Shown: positions 1 to 13,361 of the stretch, piece by piece
Position numbering within the stretch: position 1 is the stretch's first letter
How the letters are laid out: every line of letters starts with the position of its first letter
Assembly: GCA_001643675.2 (NCBI GenBank)
Contig: LSRY02000064.1
Coordinates: forward strand, 1-64,000
DNA from: Monocercomonoides exilis PA203
Taxonomy: Eukaryota; Protista; Preaxostyla
Direction: 5' to 3'
DNA: 64,000 nucleotides
The notes under the pieces: generated by a model
What the model was told of the DNA's origin: nothing
What the model saw: the letters and a program-made list of their open reading frames with translations, nothing else
Database searches by the model: none
Program-made: the position numbers and the translations under genes

Positions 1-1030
1 CCCCTGGGTCCACAATCACCACCGACCTCACCCCGTACCTCCGCCGCATCCGCCGCAGCATCGCCCCAAACTCTGCTTTCGGGAACCGCACCGGGTCTGT
101 CGTGAACAGCCGGTAGTGGTCCATGTAGTCGATGTCCACCCACATCGCGTCCAGCGGGATCTTCTCCTCCGGTACCGCTCCACCACCCCTCCACCACACT
201 CATGTTCTCGTACCCCAGTAGCACTGGTGCAGCCCCAGCGTCCACGCCGGGATCAGGCACGGCCTCCCCACCAGCTCCGTGTACTCCTCCACCACCGCCT
301 CCATCCGCCCCTCCTCCCCGCCCAGGAAGATGTACAGGTCGATCAGCCCGCCCATCATCCGCCACGTCAGCTCCCCGTCCGCAATCTCCACCTGCAGCGG
401 GCTCGCCGTCAGCATCAGCACCCCATGCATCCTGCCCCCGGCCCGCCGCTCCACGTGCAGCGGATGCGTCCCGTAGTGGTTCGTCCCGTCCCCAGGCGTG
501 CCCCGGTCCTGGTTCGTCAGCGTGTAGTTGAACGGGTACGGCAGCGCAAACCGCGTCCTCCGCTGCCCCAGCCCGTATATCACCGGCTTCGCCCCGACCG
601 CCGTGCTCAGCTGCACAAACCCCTTCCCGTACGCAAGCCCGTGCCTCACCGACCCCGGCCGCGTGTCGAAGATCGTCTCCCCGCTGCTCCGCCGCGCCAC
701 CACAATCCCGCAGTCCTCTGTCACAGACACACGGAACCCCGACTCGGCAAACGCCACCCCGCTCCCCGACCCCGCCGCCGCCTCCTCCACCACATCCACC
801 ACCTCGTACGCCGGCTCTGCGTTGTCCACAATCTTGATGTGCAGCCGGTCCCGCGTCTCCGCCACCACCTCAAAGTGCAATGACTCTGCGTCGGGCGGGA
901 ACGGCCCTTCCCCCGCCCGCTTCACAAACTCCCCCACAATCACGCTATCCGTCTCCACCTTCCGGCACTCGTATTCTGCGTACCCGCACGCACTCGCTTT
1001 CACCAAAACAAGCAAAAACAATATCATCAA
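1..1030 (-). CDS. Glycoside hydrolase family 31 (alpha-glucosidase-like), signal peptide, 3'-truncated by window edge; apparent frameshifts at ~165-215
   Basis: ORF 200..1030 has a hydrophobic N-terminus, YGLGQ, YGTHPLHV, GGLIDLYIF and LGLHQCYWG. Adding one G to three G-runs continues it as WGYENMSVVEGVVERYREEKIPLDAMWVDIDYMDHYRLFTTDPVRFP...VVIVDPG (GH31 WxDIDYM motif). Confidence 0.9.
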
Positions 1031-2444
1031 GCCTTTGCTTTTGGGTGTCGATCGTGCTCAAACGCCTCATTCCTCCTCAACGGTCTGCACTTTCGCTCCG
1101 TATGCAATCTCGCGCAGCAACACGCATTTGCGCGCGTCGATGCCGAATATAACCGAAACAGCATGTGGATGAGCCCGGCAATGGGAACAAAAACGAAAGA
1201 GAGCGGGCGCTTCTCGTTGAGTATCAAGGAATGCCTTTAAAGACGCATCTTCTTCGCTACAATGTTTGGTGTGCGTGCGTCCTGCATGTTTCTTCCATCA
1301 AGCGCGATGGAAAAGACAGTTTCAATTGTCATTTTTAAATTGAATATTTCTGCTGAATTGAAAGCACCAATTGGCAATGTTTGGGGAAGCTGTTCACGTT
1401 TTCAGAAAAGCCATTGGTGTTGATTGGCCTCGCTGATTCATGTGCGTTTTCGGGCTGGACAAGGCGGCAACCTCTGCAAAACACCAAAACATCAGAAACA
1501 GCTGGCGCCGCAGTCTCTGGTGAAGAAATGGCGTGATTGATGGGATTGCATGATGGAAAAGAAGCAGGACTTTCTCTTGTGAAGGATATTGTTCTTTCTG
1601 TCACACTTTTGAAGCGAAAACAGAATTTTTTGTGATTTTTGCTTTGCTTTTCTAAGTTTTTCTTTGGGTGCAATTGCTTTCATTTTGTTTCTGTATTTGT
1701 GTTTGCGTTTGTATTCCTTTTGTTTTATTTATTTGTTTATTTTTTTTTTTCAAAGGAAAAATGAGAGTTGGGCGTGCAAGAGGAGTTGCAGAAATGGGGG
1801 AGCAAAAAGGCTTTGCAAAGAAAACGAAAACCTCTCTGCAAAAAGGCTGCCAACTGAAGACAGCAGGCTGTCCTGTGCTTTCTGCTCCTTTTTTTCCACC
1901 TTTTTTTTTCAAAGCACAAACATGTTCCATTGCTGAAACCCCTCTGTTTCAAAGAACAAAAGCATCTTTCAAAAAAAAGAATTTTTTTTTTTTTAATTAA
2001 AAAGACAATTTTCTGAGTTTATCTGAAGCAGAGTTCCTCACGGCTCTTCATCGTACACCCAGAAAAAAATAGCCATCGATTTTGCAATGCTCTCTTCATT
2101 GAGCATCGTCGTGGCTCAATACTTTGATGGCTTCTCCGGCAGACGTGCTGCTCGCAGAAACAAATAAAAAATGCTCCGCAATGCAGCTTTGCACATCGCT
2201 CCTCCATTGTGTTCAACTTCGTCAAGAACAAAAATATTTCTTTTTTTTTTTTCCAATTCATTATTCTCCGTTTCTGGACACTTCAACTTGCATGCAGCCT
2301 TCCAAGGCACGTGCCCCGCAAATGCTTGTCAGCAGATGTACAAAGGGGATGCATTGTGCGATGCAGGAAAAGCAGGAAAAGCAGGAGTGGCTGAGCTGTT
2401 GGGATTGCGAATGTTTGTGATCGAGGGCATAACACAAACAACAT

Positions 2445-3927
2445 ATGGGGAACTTTGCCAGTGCAGCAGGGATTTCTGCCGAGAACATCACAGACAGCAA
2501 GATGGTGTGCGGGGCTGGGCAGCGGAAGCGGAGAGCGGTGTTTGTGTACCGGCTGTGCGTGGTGGCGTACATGACGATGTTTATTGTTTCGTGCATTGTC
2601 TGTCTGCCCTTCTCCTCCTTTGTGTTGTTTTTCTGTTGAGCTGCTTTCTCCTCTCTTTCTCCCCTCTCTCTTTCTCCTTTTTGTGGGGGCGCAGGCGATG
2701 CGATGCAGCTGAAGTATCTGACGAAGCAGGTGTATTTAATCACATACGCCTATTTCCTGGTGTGTGTTCATTCATCCCTTTCATGGACTCGCTTTCTTGT
2801 GATTGTTGCTGTTGACTTTTTCCACTGTTTGCGGGGTGCTGCTGCCGGGGGTGCAGTTTGCAGCGTCTTTTGGCAAAGGAGAGGCTGAGTGGTTCCTGAG
2901 CGGAGGGAGGGTGCATTCGGCGAAGACAGCCGCGTCGGGGCGGGCAAAGGCAACGTTTGTGCTGGCGGTGATCGGGGTGAACGGCAGCTTCCTGGCGATC
3001 CTGACGTTCTGGCTGGTGCTTGCGCGGGAGCACGAGGAGTTCCGCGTGTGGCACGACCTGTGGTTCGGGGTGAACCCGCACGGGCTGAGCTTTGTGCTGA
3101 TTGTGGTGGACGTGTACTTCTTCACAGGCATCCGGTTTGGCCTGGCGCACGCGTACATGTCTGTGGCGTACTATCTGTTCTACATCTTCATGTCGTGGCT
3201 GTATGCAGCCTACACTCACACGTGTGCCTCTTTTTGACTCCTTGACGATGTTTAGCTTTCTGCTTTGTCGCTTTTCTGTTTTCTATTCCTTCTTTTTTTT
3301 TTTTTGTGCGCATGCGGATGCATTCTGCTGTACAGGTGGATCTACCCGTTCTTGGCGCTGGGCACTGTGACCGCGAACTATGCGTATCCGATCTATGTTG
3401 TGCTCTCGCTCCTCACGCACTGCGCCATGTGTGCGCTGAGCAGGCTGCGGGACAGGCGCAAGGACGCACACAAGCACAGCCACAAGCTCAAGGAAGAACG
3501 CCCCGATATCCCGTGCAGCCGCATCGTGCCTGCCCCGCACGCTCCGCTGGCATCTCTTGCATCAGCTGCGGATGGCTGTTCTGAGGGTGCAGGCACGGAC
3601 ACATCGTGCGGTGCAGCAGCTGTGTGTGTCGAGAGCACTGAGGGTGCTGATGCTGCAGCAGATGATAATGATGATGATGGGAATGTTGGGGGTGTTGGTG
3701 GTGCTGAGGGCGGTGCATGCGAGCGCGGCAAAGGCACCAGAGCTGGAAGGCGCAGCTGGAGCAGCACAGAGAAAGCGCAGGCAGCAGAGGAGGAGCGCAA
3801 GCGCATGGAGAGATGGCAGGCAGTGCTGGTTGGGGAGTCTGTGCGGCTGAGCGAGGCGATTCGGATGAAGATGGTGGAGATGGCTACGCAGTGCCCGCTG
3901 GAAGTGGCCAGCGCCTCTTCGGCATAG
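2445..3927 (+). CDS. FAR-17a/AIG1 (rolling stone-like) multi-pass membrane protein, GC-rich paralog A, 4 exons
   Basis: Exons join via GT-AG introns to give KYLTKQ...GVNGSFLAILTFW...NPHG...WIYPFL, the YLT/H/W-x-YPFL pattern of the family. Collinear with the paralog at 9535-10816. Start codon approximate. Confidence 0.7.
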
Positions 3928-5402
3928 CTGGCTGGGAATGCGAAGAGAGCGTGAAGGGGTGGCTGGTGGGCTTGGGAGAGCAATTCGCAGGTGCCGCGGC
4001 TGGCTGATGCTTTGGCTTGATGTGCTTTTTGCAGCGCATGGGCTTTTGTGCCAGCGTTATTATGCATCATCATCGTTATAATTATCATTGTTCTTATTGT
4101 TGTTGTTCATATTTTGATTTTGAATTTATGTGTGTGTGTGTGTGTATTTTATCTTTTTTTGTCTGTTCAAACTTTTCTATGAGCAAGCTGCTCGATGTTT
4201 TTATGATTTGTGAGTTCACAACTGCAGGAGAGCCTGTCTTTGGTTTTGTTGCTTTCTTTTATTTTTATTATATTTTTGTTTTTAATTTTTTCTGCGCTGT
4301 GTTGTGCTGCTTTGCATTTGTATGTATTGGAATTTTTAGGATTTTGTTTTTGGAGGCTCTGTGTATTTATGAGGCTGCAGGCATGCCCAGCCGAGCCTAA
4401 CACTGTCTTTTTTCGTTGCATGTGCAATTGTTTTGGTGGGCTGGGGGTGTGTGTGCTTGGGTGTGCTTGGGTGTGTTTGGGTATGGGAGAGAGGCGGAAG
4501 GAATGGGAAATGATCGAGAGCAACAAAAAGTGAAATGAAGTTGCTGCTTTGCTGAGTGCGCAGAGCAGAGGGGAGCAGCGTGTATAAAATAAGGAGGGAG
4601 CAGTTGTTGAGATGGTTAAAGGGCCAAAAATGATGATCGCGGAGAGGGGAGGAAGCTTTTGCTGAGAAACAAAAATGAGGGTAGGAAGCAGCGAGAAAAG
4701 TGCTGTGAAGGGTATGTGAGGGAGGAGGCTGGAGGAGGAAGGGAAATGCGCGTAATAAACGGCATTCGAAAATTTGTGATAAGCCGCAGTAGCGGATGCG
4801 CAAAGAAAGAAGGAAAAGAGGAGTTTATGTTACATTTCTGGAGGGGCGTGCCCCGCTGACAGGGATGTACAGGGTCATCCTCACATGGGTTTTGCTTTGT
4901 TTATTTCTTTTTGCTGTGTTTGGGGGAAGGGTGTTTTTCGTGTTTTGTGATTGCTTCTTATTTTTTTTTTTTATTTTTCTTTTTCTTTTTCTTTCTCTTT
5001 CTCTTGTTCCAGATGTTTGTGTGTTTTTGTGTCATTTGAGGCTGTGCCTATGGTTTTGTGCGTCTTAGCAGAAAGTGCATGTTGAAAATAAATGCTGTTT
5101 TTTATGATTCGTTTTCTGTTTTTTTGTTTTTGTTTTTCATTTTTCATTTCTGTTTCTGCCAAAAGCAGAAAAAAAGCACAAAAATAACAAAACATAAATT
5201 TAAAAAAATAAACAAAAAATACGAAACACTTTGGTTTCTTCCGCTCAAAACGAAGGGAAGAGAAATATTGGGGAAAAAAATTGTTTTTGAAGAATTTTGA
5301 GTGGAAAGAGAAAGCATCCACTCGCTTAACATGGGCAGGAATAAAACAAAAAGGAAAGCCCATTCTGCGGTGCTTCTGGACAGAACCTGCAGACGCAGCA
5401 CC

Positions 5403-8400
5403 TCAACTATTCTTGAGCCAGTTGGCGATGTCTTTGGCCCTTGGCGCAACCAGATTATCGTCTAACTGCGCCAGCGCCTCCACCACTTTTGCATCGACCA
5501 CGTTGCTCACCAAGCTGCCTGTCACAATCCCACCGCGCTGCATTATCCGCAGCACCAGCCCCGCCATGTTCACGCGCACCCACCGGCTTCTGTCCCTCAG
5601 CAGCTGGCTGCATTTCTCCTTGCTCAGCCCTTCCAGCAGCGCCCCGTGGTTGTCTGCCACACCCCCATCCCAGAACACAAAAAAAGAAAAAGAAAAGAAA
5701 AAGGAGAACAGAATCAAAAATACAAGTGAAGGACAAAGCAGAACCTGGGCAGAGCGACAACAGGCACAGAGCAGACAGCATGTTCGCCCGCTCATCCTCT
5801 TCTCTTTTCGTATTGGTCACAACACCCCAGCAGAACTCCATCATATTGTCTGGTATCTTCATCAGCGCACGCCCGCGGCTCAGCAGCAGCAGACACCGCG
5901 CAGCATCTCTCTTCACCTGGTTGTCTTCCTCATATTCAAAGCACTTCTGCAGCACCTCTGCTGCTCGGCACTCTTCTGCTGCTGCTCCATACGGGTGCGG
6001 ACACTCCTCGGCCACTGCACACGCACCCACACACAGCACATTCCCCAGCGCTGCTGCTGCCATCCGCCTGCACTTGCCATTCCCCGGCTCTCGCTCCAGC
6101 ACCTGCACCAGCCCCGCCACACACCCCAGCTCCACCAGGACTTCACACTGCTCTGCCCCTATCTGCCACGTCAGGCGGCACAGCGCTGCCACCACGTCTT
6201 CCTCTGCCTCCGCAGCTGCCTCTACCTCTTCCACTGAGGCCGATGCATCTGGAGGTGCAATCAGCCAAACAAGCGTCTTCGCCAGCCTTCGCGAAAACAC
6301 TCGCTGCTTCAGCCCCGCATTCCCGTACAGCACATGCCGCAGCACTTTGCAGTACAGCCCCAGCACTTTCCTGTCTTTCGTGTCCCCTGCTGCATCTCCC
6401 ACCGCCTCCACAAACTCCTCTGGAGCCAGCTTCAGCTTCTCTGTCGCGCTGCCCTGCTTCTCCACCTCCTGCGCAAAAAGCTTCAGCACGCCCACATAAT
6501 ACTCGTAAGTGGGCGCTGCTCCTTCTGCCCTTTCCAACGCGACTGCTCTTGGATCAGGATTCGATGCTGATGCCGAGGCAGATAGATGAATCTGTGAAGA
6601 AAGGTGTGAGGACGCACTCGAGGAAGATGATGCTGATGCTGTTGCCGCAGATGGTGTTGCTCGCATGGACGAGAATGTTGAGGAGGGCTGAGACGAGAAC
6701 ATGTTCTGTGGCTGGCTCGATGCCAGCGGATGCCAACTGCTCTGCTGAAACGAAGCGGGGCCAGACTGATGCGAGGGAGGTGGCGTTGAAAAGGAGAAAG
6801 TGGTGGAACGTGCTGGCTGCCTGTCTGACGACTGCATGTATTGCTGGCCGGAGTATGAGAAAGTGGACAAAGACGGAGTTTGGGTCTGATACGCCTGGCG
6901 ATAAGCGGAAGGCGGCAGAGCAGCAACAGAAGTCGACAGGCTGTGCATCCCATGCGGCGTCGCCAAATAATCGAATGTGGAAGAGTTTGCGGTTGTGCCT
7001 GTTTCACGAAAAGAGCGCTGCGATGCAGACAAAGAATGAGGAGAGTGATGCGATGCAACAAAACTTGTTGAATGGCTCGGTGCAGCTGATGCAAATGAGT
7101 TTGATGAAGCACCAAAGCCAGGCGCATAATGGGAAGATGATGTGGAAGATGAAGCGGAAGATGATGCGGAAGATGACATGGAAAGCATAGGTGAATGTGA
7201 AGAGTGAGAGGTCGATGCTGTGAGGGCCGAAGCCGACATCGAATTAGCAGAAGGCGTCATTGATGCAATAGGCGCAGACGAGACAATAATAAGCAGACCC
7301 AGCTTGACCAGGACTTCTTCCATGTGCTTGAGAACAACCTTCTCTGCAAACTCCCCCACCTTCTCTCTCAGCTTCACAACGCTCTCCAGTTGTGCCTTTT
7401 CTATCTCCACCTTTTTTTCTGCATCTTTCGCCTCTGCCAGCTGCTTTTCCAGCTGCTGGTTCGCCTCTCTCATCTCCTCCTTCACCCGCCTGTTGATCTC
7501 TGGCAGAACCAGCAGCTGTGCTGCAGTCGGTCTCCAACGCGGATTCTGCTCTCCCCACAGTCATCATCAGCGTTTGCAAGTGGCATATTCGCAGCCAATG
7601 GAATACCCCAAGCACACAGTTTTGCGTGAAAAGAAGACAGAACAGGAATTGTAATCAAAGAAAAGGTTAACACAAAACAGAACAGAACAAAACAGCACCC
7701 ATCACACCTCGCTCAGCCCTGCCACGATGAAATCTCTCAACGCATCTGACAAATGCCCCAATTGTGTCCGCACATACTCTGGCTGCAGATTCGGCTGCTC
7801 GTTCTTGTCGAACGGGTTCACTGCCATCTCATACATAGTCACCATCAGCGCGTAAATGTCAGACGCTGCTGTGTACCTGGATCAACCAATAACACACAAA
7901 ACACACAAAAATACACATAAACGTCACTGCGAAAGCAAGTGCTTGACACCTGATATCCCTCTCCGAGCTTTCAGGCGGAAGGCAGTGGCACAGCAGACGC
8001 AAATGCAAGCGCAATCGCAAAAAGACAGTAAATGAATGGAAAATAATCTTCACAAGGAAAAAAAACAGAGTTCATTAAACTGATTTGCACACAATTTCTT
8101 TGGATCCACTTCAGGCGCCAAATATCCTCTGTTTGCCATGCGGTAAGAGACAAAGAAAGAGAAATATAAAGAGAGAAACATAAAGAGAGAAATAAAGGCT
8201 TGGCAGCACAAATAAAAACAGATACTCTGTTCCTCCTATCCGCGTCGCCTGAACGGATGTCGTCAGCGTTCGTGCCAGTCCAAAGTCGCCTTGTGCAATC
8301 AACAGCACATAGACCAACCGGAATTCATGAGCAAAGCGTAATCCAGAATGCAGGCAGACCAACATAAAAGTGATGTTATATTAACAAAAAAACATGAGTG

Positions 8401-9038
8401 ATGTGGAAAGCAGATGGGCAGACCAAGCTTGGCGCGGTGCTCGCCATACAACAGGATGTTGTCAGGCTTCACATCGCGGTGCACAATGCTTTTCCCGTGC
8501 ACTGCCTCCAGCGCTTGCGCCATGTCCGCAAGCACATCCCATATGATCTAGTGCATTCCCCAGCAGCAATTGTGCAGCCAGACAAACAAAGGCAAATCTC
8601 TCAGTTATTTCCATCAAGCGCAACAACACATCGCAGACACACCTCCTCGGGGATCCGCTTCCCTCCGTACTCCCCCTCTTCCATAAATTTCCTCAACGAT
8701 CCGCTATTGCACAGCTCCATGATCAGATGCACGCTGTCTCCGTCTTTCTGCGCATCGACAAGCTCCACCACATGCTCATTCTTGATACTCTGCAGCGCCT
8801 GAATCTCCTTCTTCCAAATCGAGTCCCACCTGGTTGCATTCATCACCTTGTCCGCATACAGCCTTCCCGTCTCCACATCCTTCACAACGATTACGTTTCC
8901 AGAAGCCCCGCCTCCAAGATCACTTCCCCGAATGTCTTTCCTCCCCGTGCAAAAGAAACCAGAAACAAAAACAAACATATAGCGAAATAAAATAATCATA
9001 ATAAAAATGGAGTTTCCAAAAAGCAAATGCTCGTCCAT
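5403..9038 (-). CDS. Ser/Thr protein kinase (NEK-like N-terminal domain) with coiled coil, Ser-rich linker and ARM/HEAT-like C-terminus; multi-exon
   Basis: Spliced motifs GGGASGNV, YADKV, MELCNSGSL, HRDVKPDNILL, GDFGLAR, GGTE/GYLAPE, SDIYAL and RPTAAQLL lead in frame into ORF 5455..7485. The last exon ends ...IANWLKNS at 5403. 5' end uncertain. Confidence 0.85.
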
Positions 9039-9534
9039 AAAAATCAAAAGTGGGCGTTTTGTGAAGGCAAAAAAGAGTTTTCGAACTCTGGTAAAGTTCT
9101 CCCCAATTTCATTTCATAAAATGGTTATTTAGTTTGTTCATACATTTTCCGAGAATGAGCTGGCCTTCCATTGTTTGTTAAATGCTGCAACAATAAATTT
9201 GATAAAAATAAAATCGAATAAATTTTTATGTTGTACAATTAATAATGGAAAAGATGAGAATAGGCACAAAAAGAATTAAAGAAATTTAGCAGAATAAAAA
9301 TATCAATACGAAAAATTAATGTTTATTCCATACAACACCAGTTTATTCGAATAAAAAGACTTTAAATACCAAAAAAGACCAAGTCGAATTCAATTATTTT
9401 TTGTTCTCACTATGAAAGGTGTTTGCTCCAAAAAAGCATTGATGATTTGTATTAGCTATTTCCATTCAAATTAAAGCATACCATCTCAATCCACATTTTT
9501 TGAAGGTTCTTTATCATCCCATCACAATACTTTG

Positions 9535-10816
9535 ATGAAAAGCATTCTTACGTCTCTTTTAATAACAAATGAAAATGTTGCGGATGACACTTTGTTTCCA
9601 ACTAAAAATAGAAAAATTCGAAAAGGGGGTTTTATATATAGACTTTACGTTTCTATTTACATGGGAATATTTATGTACACTTGCATATTTGGTTTGCTTA
9701 TTTAATGACATTTAAACTTTTATGAAAATGTGGTACATTTAGGCAAAGTATTGGAATTTAAATATTTGACAAAGCAGATACATCTCATTACATTTTTATA
9801 TTTTGTAGCATACAATTTTAATAAAAAACTTATTATTGAGATTTTTTTTGAATGACATAAACAAACTTATTGAAGCTTTTATTATCATATGGAACGGGAC
9901 AGAACAAGTACTTTATTAAAGAAGATACACATTATTTAGTTGAAAGATTTGCATCGAAAAAGACGATCCTTATTAATATATTGGCGAATATTGGTCTAAA
10001 CGGAAGCTTTATTGCGATATTTGCTTTCTGGATATTTCTTTTGAAACATCTCGAGGGAATACCGGTTGGATTCATTATGTGGTTTGGAGCGAACCCACAT
10101 TTAGTAAGTTTCATATTTATAGCGATAGATTTCTATTTTCTAACTGATATAAAGTTAAATTTCCTCCATTATTATTTTATTTTCGTCTTTGATTGGCTTT
10201 ACCTTTTCACATCTTGGATTAACTATGCGTCAACGAAAGAGTATGAGTTATCTTTTCCATTAAAAAAAGACAAATTTTTTATTATTATGTTATAAATAGA
10301 TGGATTTACCCGTTTCTGCGATTTGGAACAACAACTGCATATATCGCATATCCTGGAGGCATTGTTGTTACTTTTATTATTCATCTTTTAATGTGGATTT
10401 TTTCGAAGCGTTGTTGGAATCGTCGGACAAATTCCACTCAAATAAACGAAGAAAACCAATTCAATGAGCATCAAGAAAATATATCCATATCATCTGAAAA
10501 TATCCCTGTCAACTTCATTAATTCAAATCCAGATTTTATTGTTAACTGTAATAAATCGGTAAATAAGATGAGTTCTGAATTGGAAATGTCTTCTGAAACA
10601 GAAAACGATTTTAATGGGAAACCAGTAGAGAGAATATCTGTAGATATCGAAACTGTTGAAGGTGTTAAAGTGAACGAAGATGCAGCTCCCAGTGATAAAA
10701 GAAAACCAAAGAACAGTAGCAAAAATTGTGATAAAAATGAAAGTCCCGAAAAATCATTTATAACAATCGAAGAAGGAAAAAGAATGAAGCTTGTTGAAAT
10801 GGCTTCGTGTGATTGA
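9535..10816 (+). CDS. FAR-17a/AIG1-like membrane protein, AT-rich paralog B, 4 exons (one GC-AG intron)
   Basis: FIYRL...KYLTKQ...GLNGSFIAIFAFW...WFGANPH...WIYPFL...MKLVEMA. Same three intron positions and phases as paralog A. Confidence 0.7.
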
Positions 10817-11613
10817 AGCGAACAAAAAGCATTTTTTTGTTTCAATTGATTTCAATTCTTCGCGTGCTCGAGGGCTGTGCTTTTTAAATGCATATGTATT
10901 TTACAATTTAATTTTTCTTTTCGTTTTTTCTTTCAATTTTATGTTTGGTTTTTACCTTCTTTTTTAATTTTTTGGACATAATCGCTTTGATAAGCATTGT
11001 TCTTTTTTTATTTATTTACTTGAATTTGTATTTTTTTCCCTGTTATTGAATTCATTTTTATTTCGGATTCTTTTGTATTATTTTTATTGTTCAAAACTAA
11101 ATATCTAGTATTGAATTATTTACATTTATTTGTTTATGCATTAATTAATTGTTATTTCCATGTGATATGTAAGTGTATTTTATCGATTTTTTCTGAATCT
11201 GCTTTTTGTTGTAAATTTCATATTTATTTTATTTTGAACGCAGAATGCATTGTTTAACGCTATTCATTCTGGAAATTAAAGAATTCTAATTTTCATATCA
11301 TATGCACTTTATTTGTTTGAATGTCACGATTTTTTGTTGCACTGAACCACACTTATTTGCAGTGTACTTGTTTTGTTGTGTTTTGAAAGATCATAGTTGT
11401 TTATCTTCGTGTAATTTCAATTTTTTGAAATGGTTTTTAAGAAATTATATTCTCTCTGTTTGTTTGTTCAGTTTTTATGAAGAATATCATTATTTCTCAC
11501 TATAACATTCGAAGTGCAATTGTTTTGTGTGAAAAAAGTTTTTTGTGATGCTCGAAAGGAAATATTGAAAATATTCAACATCAAAAAAGAGGGATAACTC
11601 CATTTGAATCTAT

Positions 11614-13100
11614 CTATTTAATTCTATTAACAGACATTAAAGCCAGGTTTCGAAGCACCATTCCTGGAATCGTCTTTACGGAAGAGCACAATTCATCTAT
11701 TTCCTTGTTTACAGCCTCCAATTCTTTTTTAGAATATTCCTCAAAAAGTTCAGATAACTTGGTTTATATGATAAAATTAGAAATATTATACAACAAAAGA
11801 GAGAAAAAATTGAAAAGAAATGATATTTTGAAAAGCATACTTTAAATTTTGCATAAAGCTCTTTTATTACCTTGACGGAATCAGGTTCGTTTCTTCCATA
11901 ATGAGTCTATCAAAATCGTAAAATAAACTATTTACATACAAGAAATTTTAGAAAACTTATTCATACAATCATGGTTTTCAGAATATTTGCTTTTTCTTCT
12001 TCGGAACATGGGATTGATAAGATTTTTGATGAAAACCAAGAGCACTTCCCATCTTCAATATCTGTACCGATTTTTCCTGTAATTGCAGGATCTCCATAGC
12101 AATCAAGATAATCGTCCTCACAAATATATTTCAAATAAAATGCAAAATTCATCTCTTATTTTAATAATATCAAATACCTTAGCTTGAAACAAAATTCCAA
12201 TGTGTAGACAGACATCTTCCACGGATTTTAAGGCTTCTTCGCTTAGATTTATCCCTCCATAAATGCATCCCAAAATAAATGGGTGAAAGAATGTATAGAC
12301 TCCAGTTTTCATCCGGCAAATGTTTCTATAATTTTCTAATGTAAGATATTTTTTTAATAAATCGATTTGCTGAACTTCCCGCTTATCATCTTCTGTCGGT
12401 AAAGCAGTTATTGACGGATGGTTTGGATGATAGCACAACTTTGTATCAATATATTCTCCAATTGACGTTCTCCAAATGGTCTGTTTAAATTATAAAAAAA
12501 TAAATCAAAAATAAATTTGAACAAACATTTTGGAAAACAGAAATTATCCGATCCAACAAAATATGCTCTTTAAAGAAATGTCTAAGAACAATATAGACTG
12601 TGTTTTCCAACATAAAAGCGTCGTTTATCCCAGAAAGTCCAATCTACAGTTTAAGAACAAATATCGCGAAGCAATAAAAAATAATTACATTATTACACAC
12701 GTCTGGGAGTTTGTACCAAGTCGGTTTGCCTCTACGAGTCGGTGATTGATCTATGACATCATCTTCAATTAAAAAGCTTGCATGCATCTTTAAAAGCAAT
12801 TTTTAAGAAATTTTGATCACGCTAAATTTGTTATCAAACCATTTCCGTGCAAACGCCAAGAATTGCTGCCTGTTCAGAGTCAAATTTTTGGTCGTTCGCT
12901 TCACAAATAGATTGTGCTGCATTAATGATGGTTGAAGCACGAAAGTATTTTCCCCCAAGTGTGTTATAAGATATAAGTTTGGATATATGTTCTTCCTCGT
13001 GTAACTCAACAAAATTGGGATGTGAAGTCAAAAAGAGGCGAACTCTTTCAATGGTTGATTCGACAAGTGCAATATTCCCAGAATCATGTGTGACGCTCAT
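11614..13100 (-). CDS. Trans-isoprenyl diphosphate synthase (FPP synthase family, possibly bifunctional FPP/GGPP synthase), multi-exon
   Basis: GGKYFR, ASFLIEDDVIDQSPTRRGKPTWY (first Asp-rich motif), MKTGVYTF, FQAK/DDYLDCYGDPAITGKIGTDIEDGKCSW (second Asp-rich motif), HYGR. Stop TAG at 11614-11616. Confidence 0.92.
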
Positions 13101-13316
13101 TTTTTTGATTTTGATATGATTTCTTTACAAAAATGAATAATCCCATAATATTTGCATTGACAAGTCTAAAAATTATTGATTTTTGTTAACTCAAATTATT
13201 CTTTGTATACAAAGTTGGAAAAATCCCAATAGGTGAACATAACAAAAAATAGTTATTTTGAAGGTTATTTTTTTCCTCAAATAAACAAAAAAAAATCTAA
13301 TTATACATAACTGTAT

Positions 13317-13318
<2 letters not shown>

Positions 13319-13360
<42 letters not shown>
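13319..13360. repeat. Poly-T tract (~42 nt)
   Basis: Uninterrupted T run. Confidence 0.95.

Positions 13361-13361
<1 letters not shown>

Noticed and set aside
1099-1640. Possible small multi-exon + strand gene between GH31 and paralog A
   Set aside because: GT-AG-like gaps and coding-like pieces are present, but I could not build a start-to-stop model or recognise a motif.
116-7190. Long + strand ORFs such as 116..883, 5281..6237, 5441..6499 and 6243..7190
   Set aside because: They are antisense shadows of GC-rich GH31 and kinase coding sequence.
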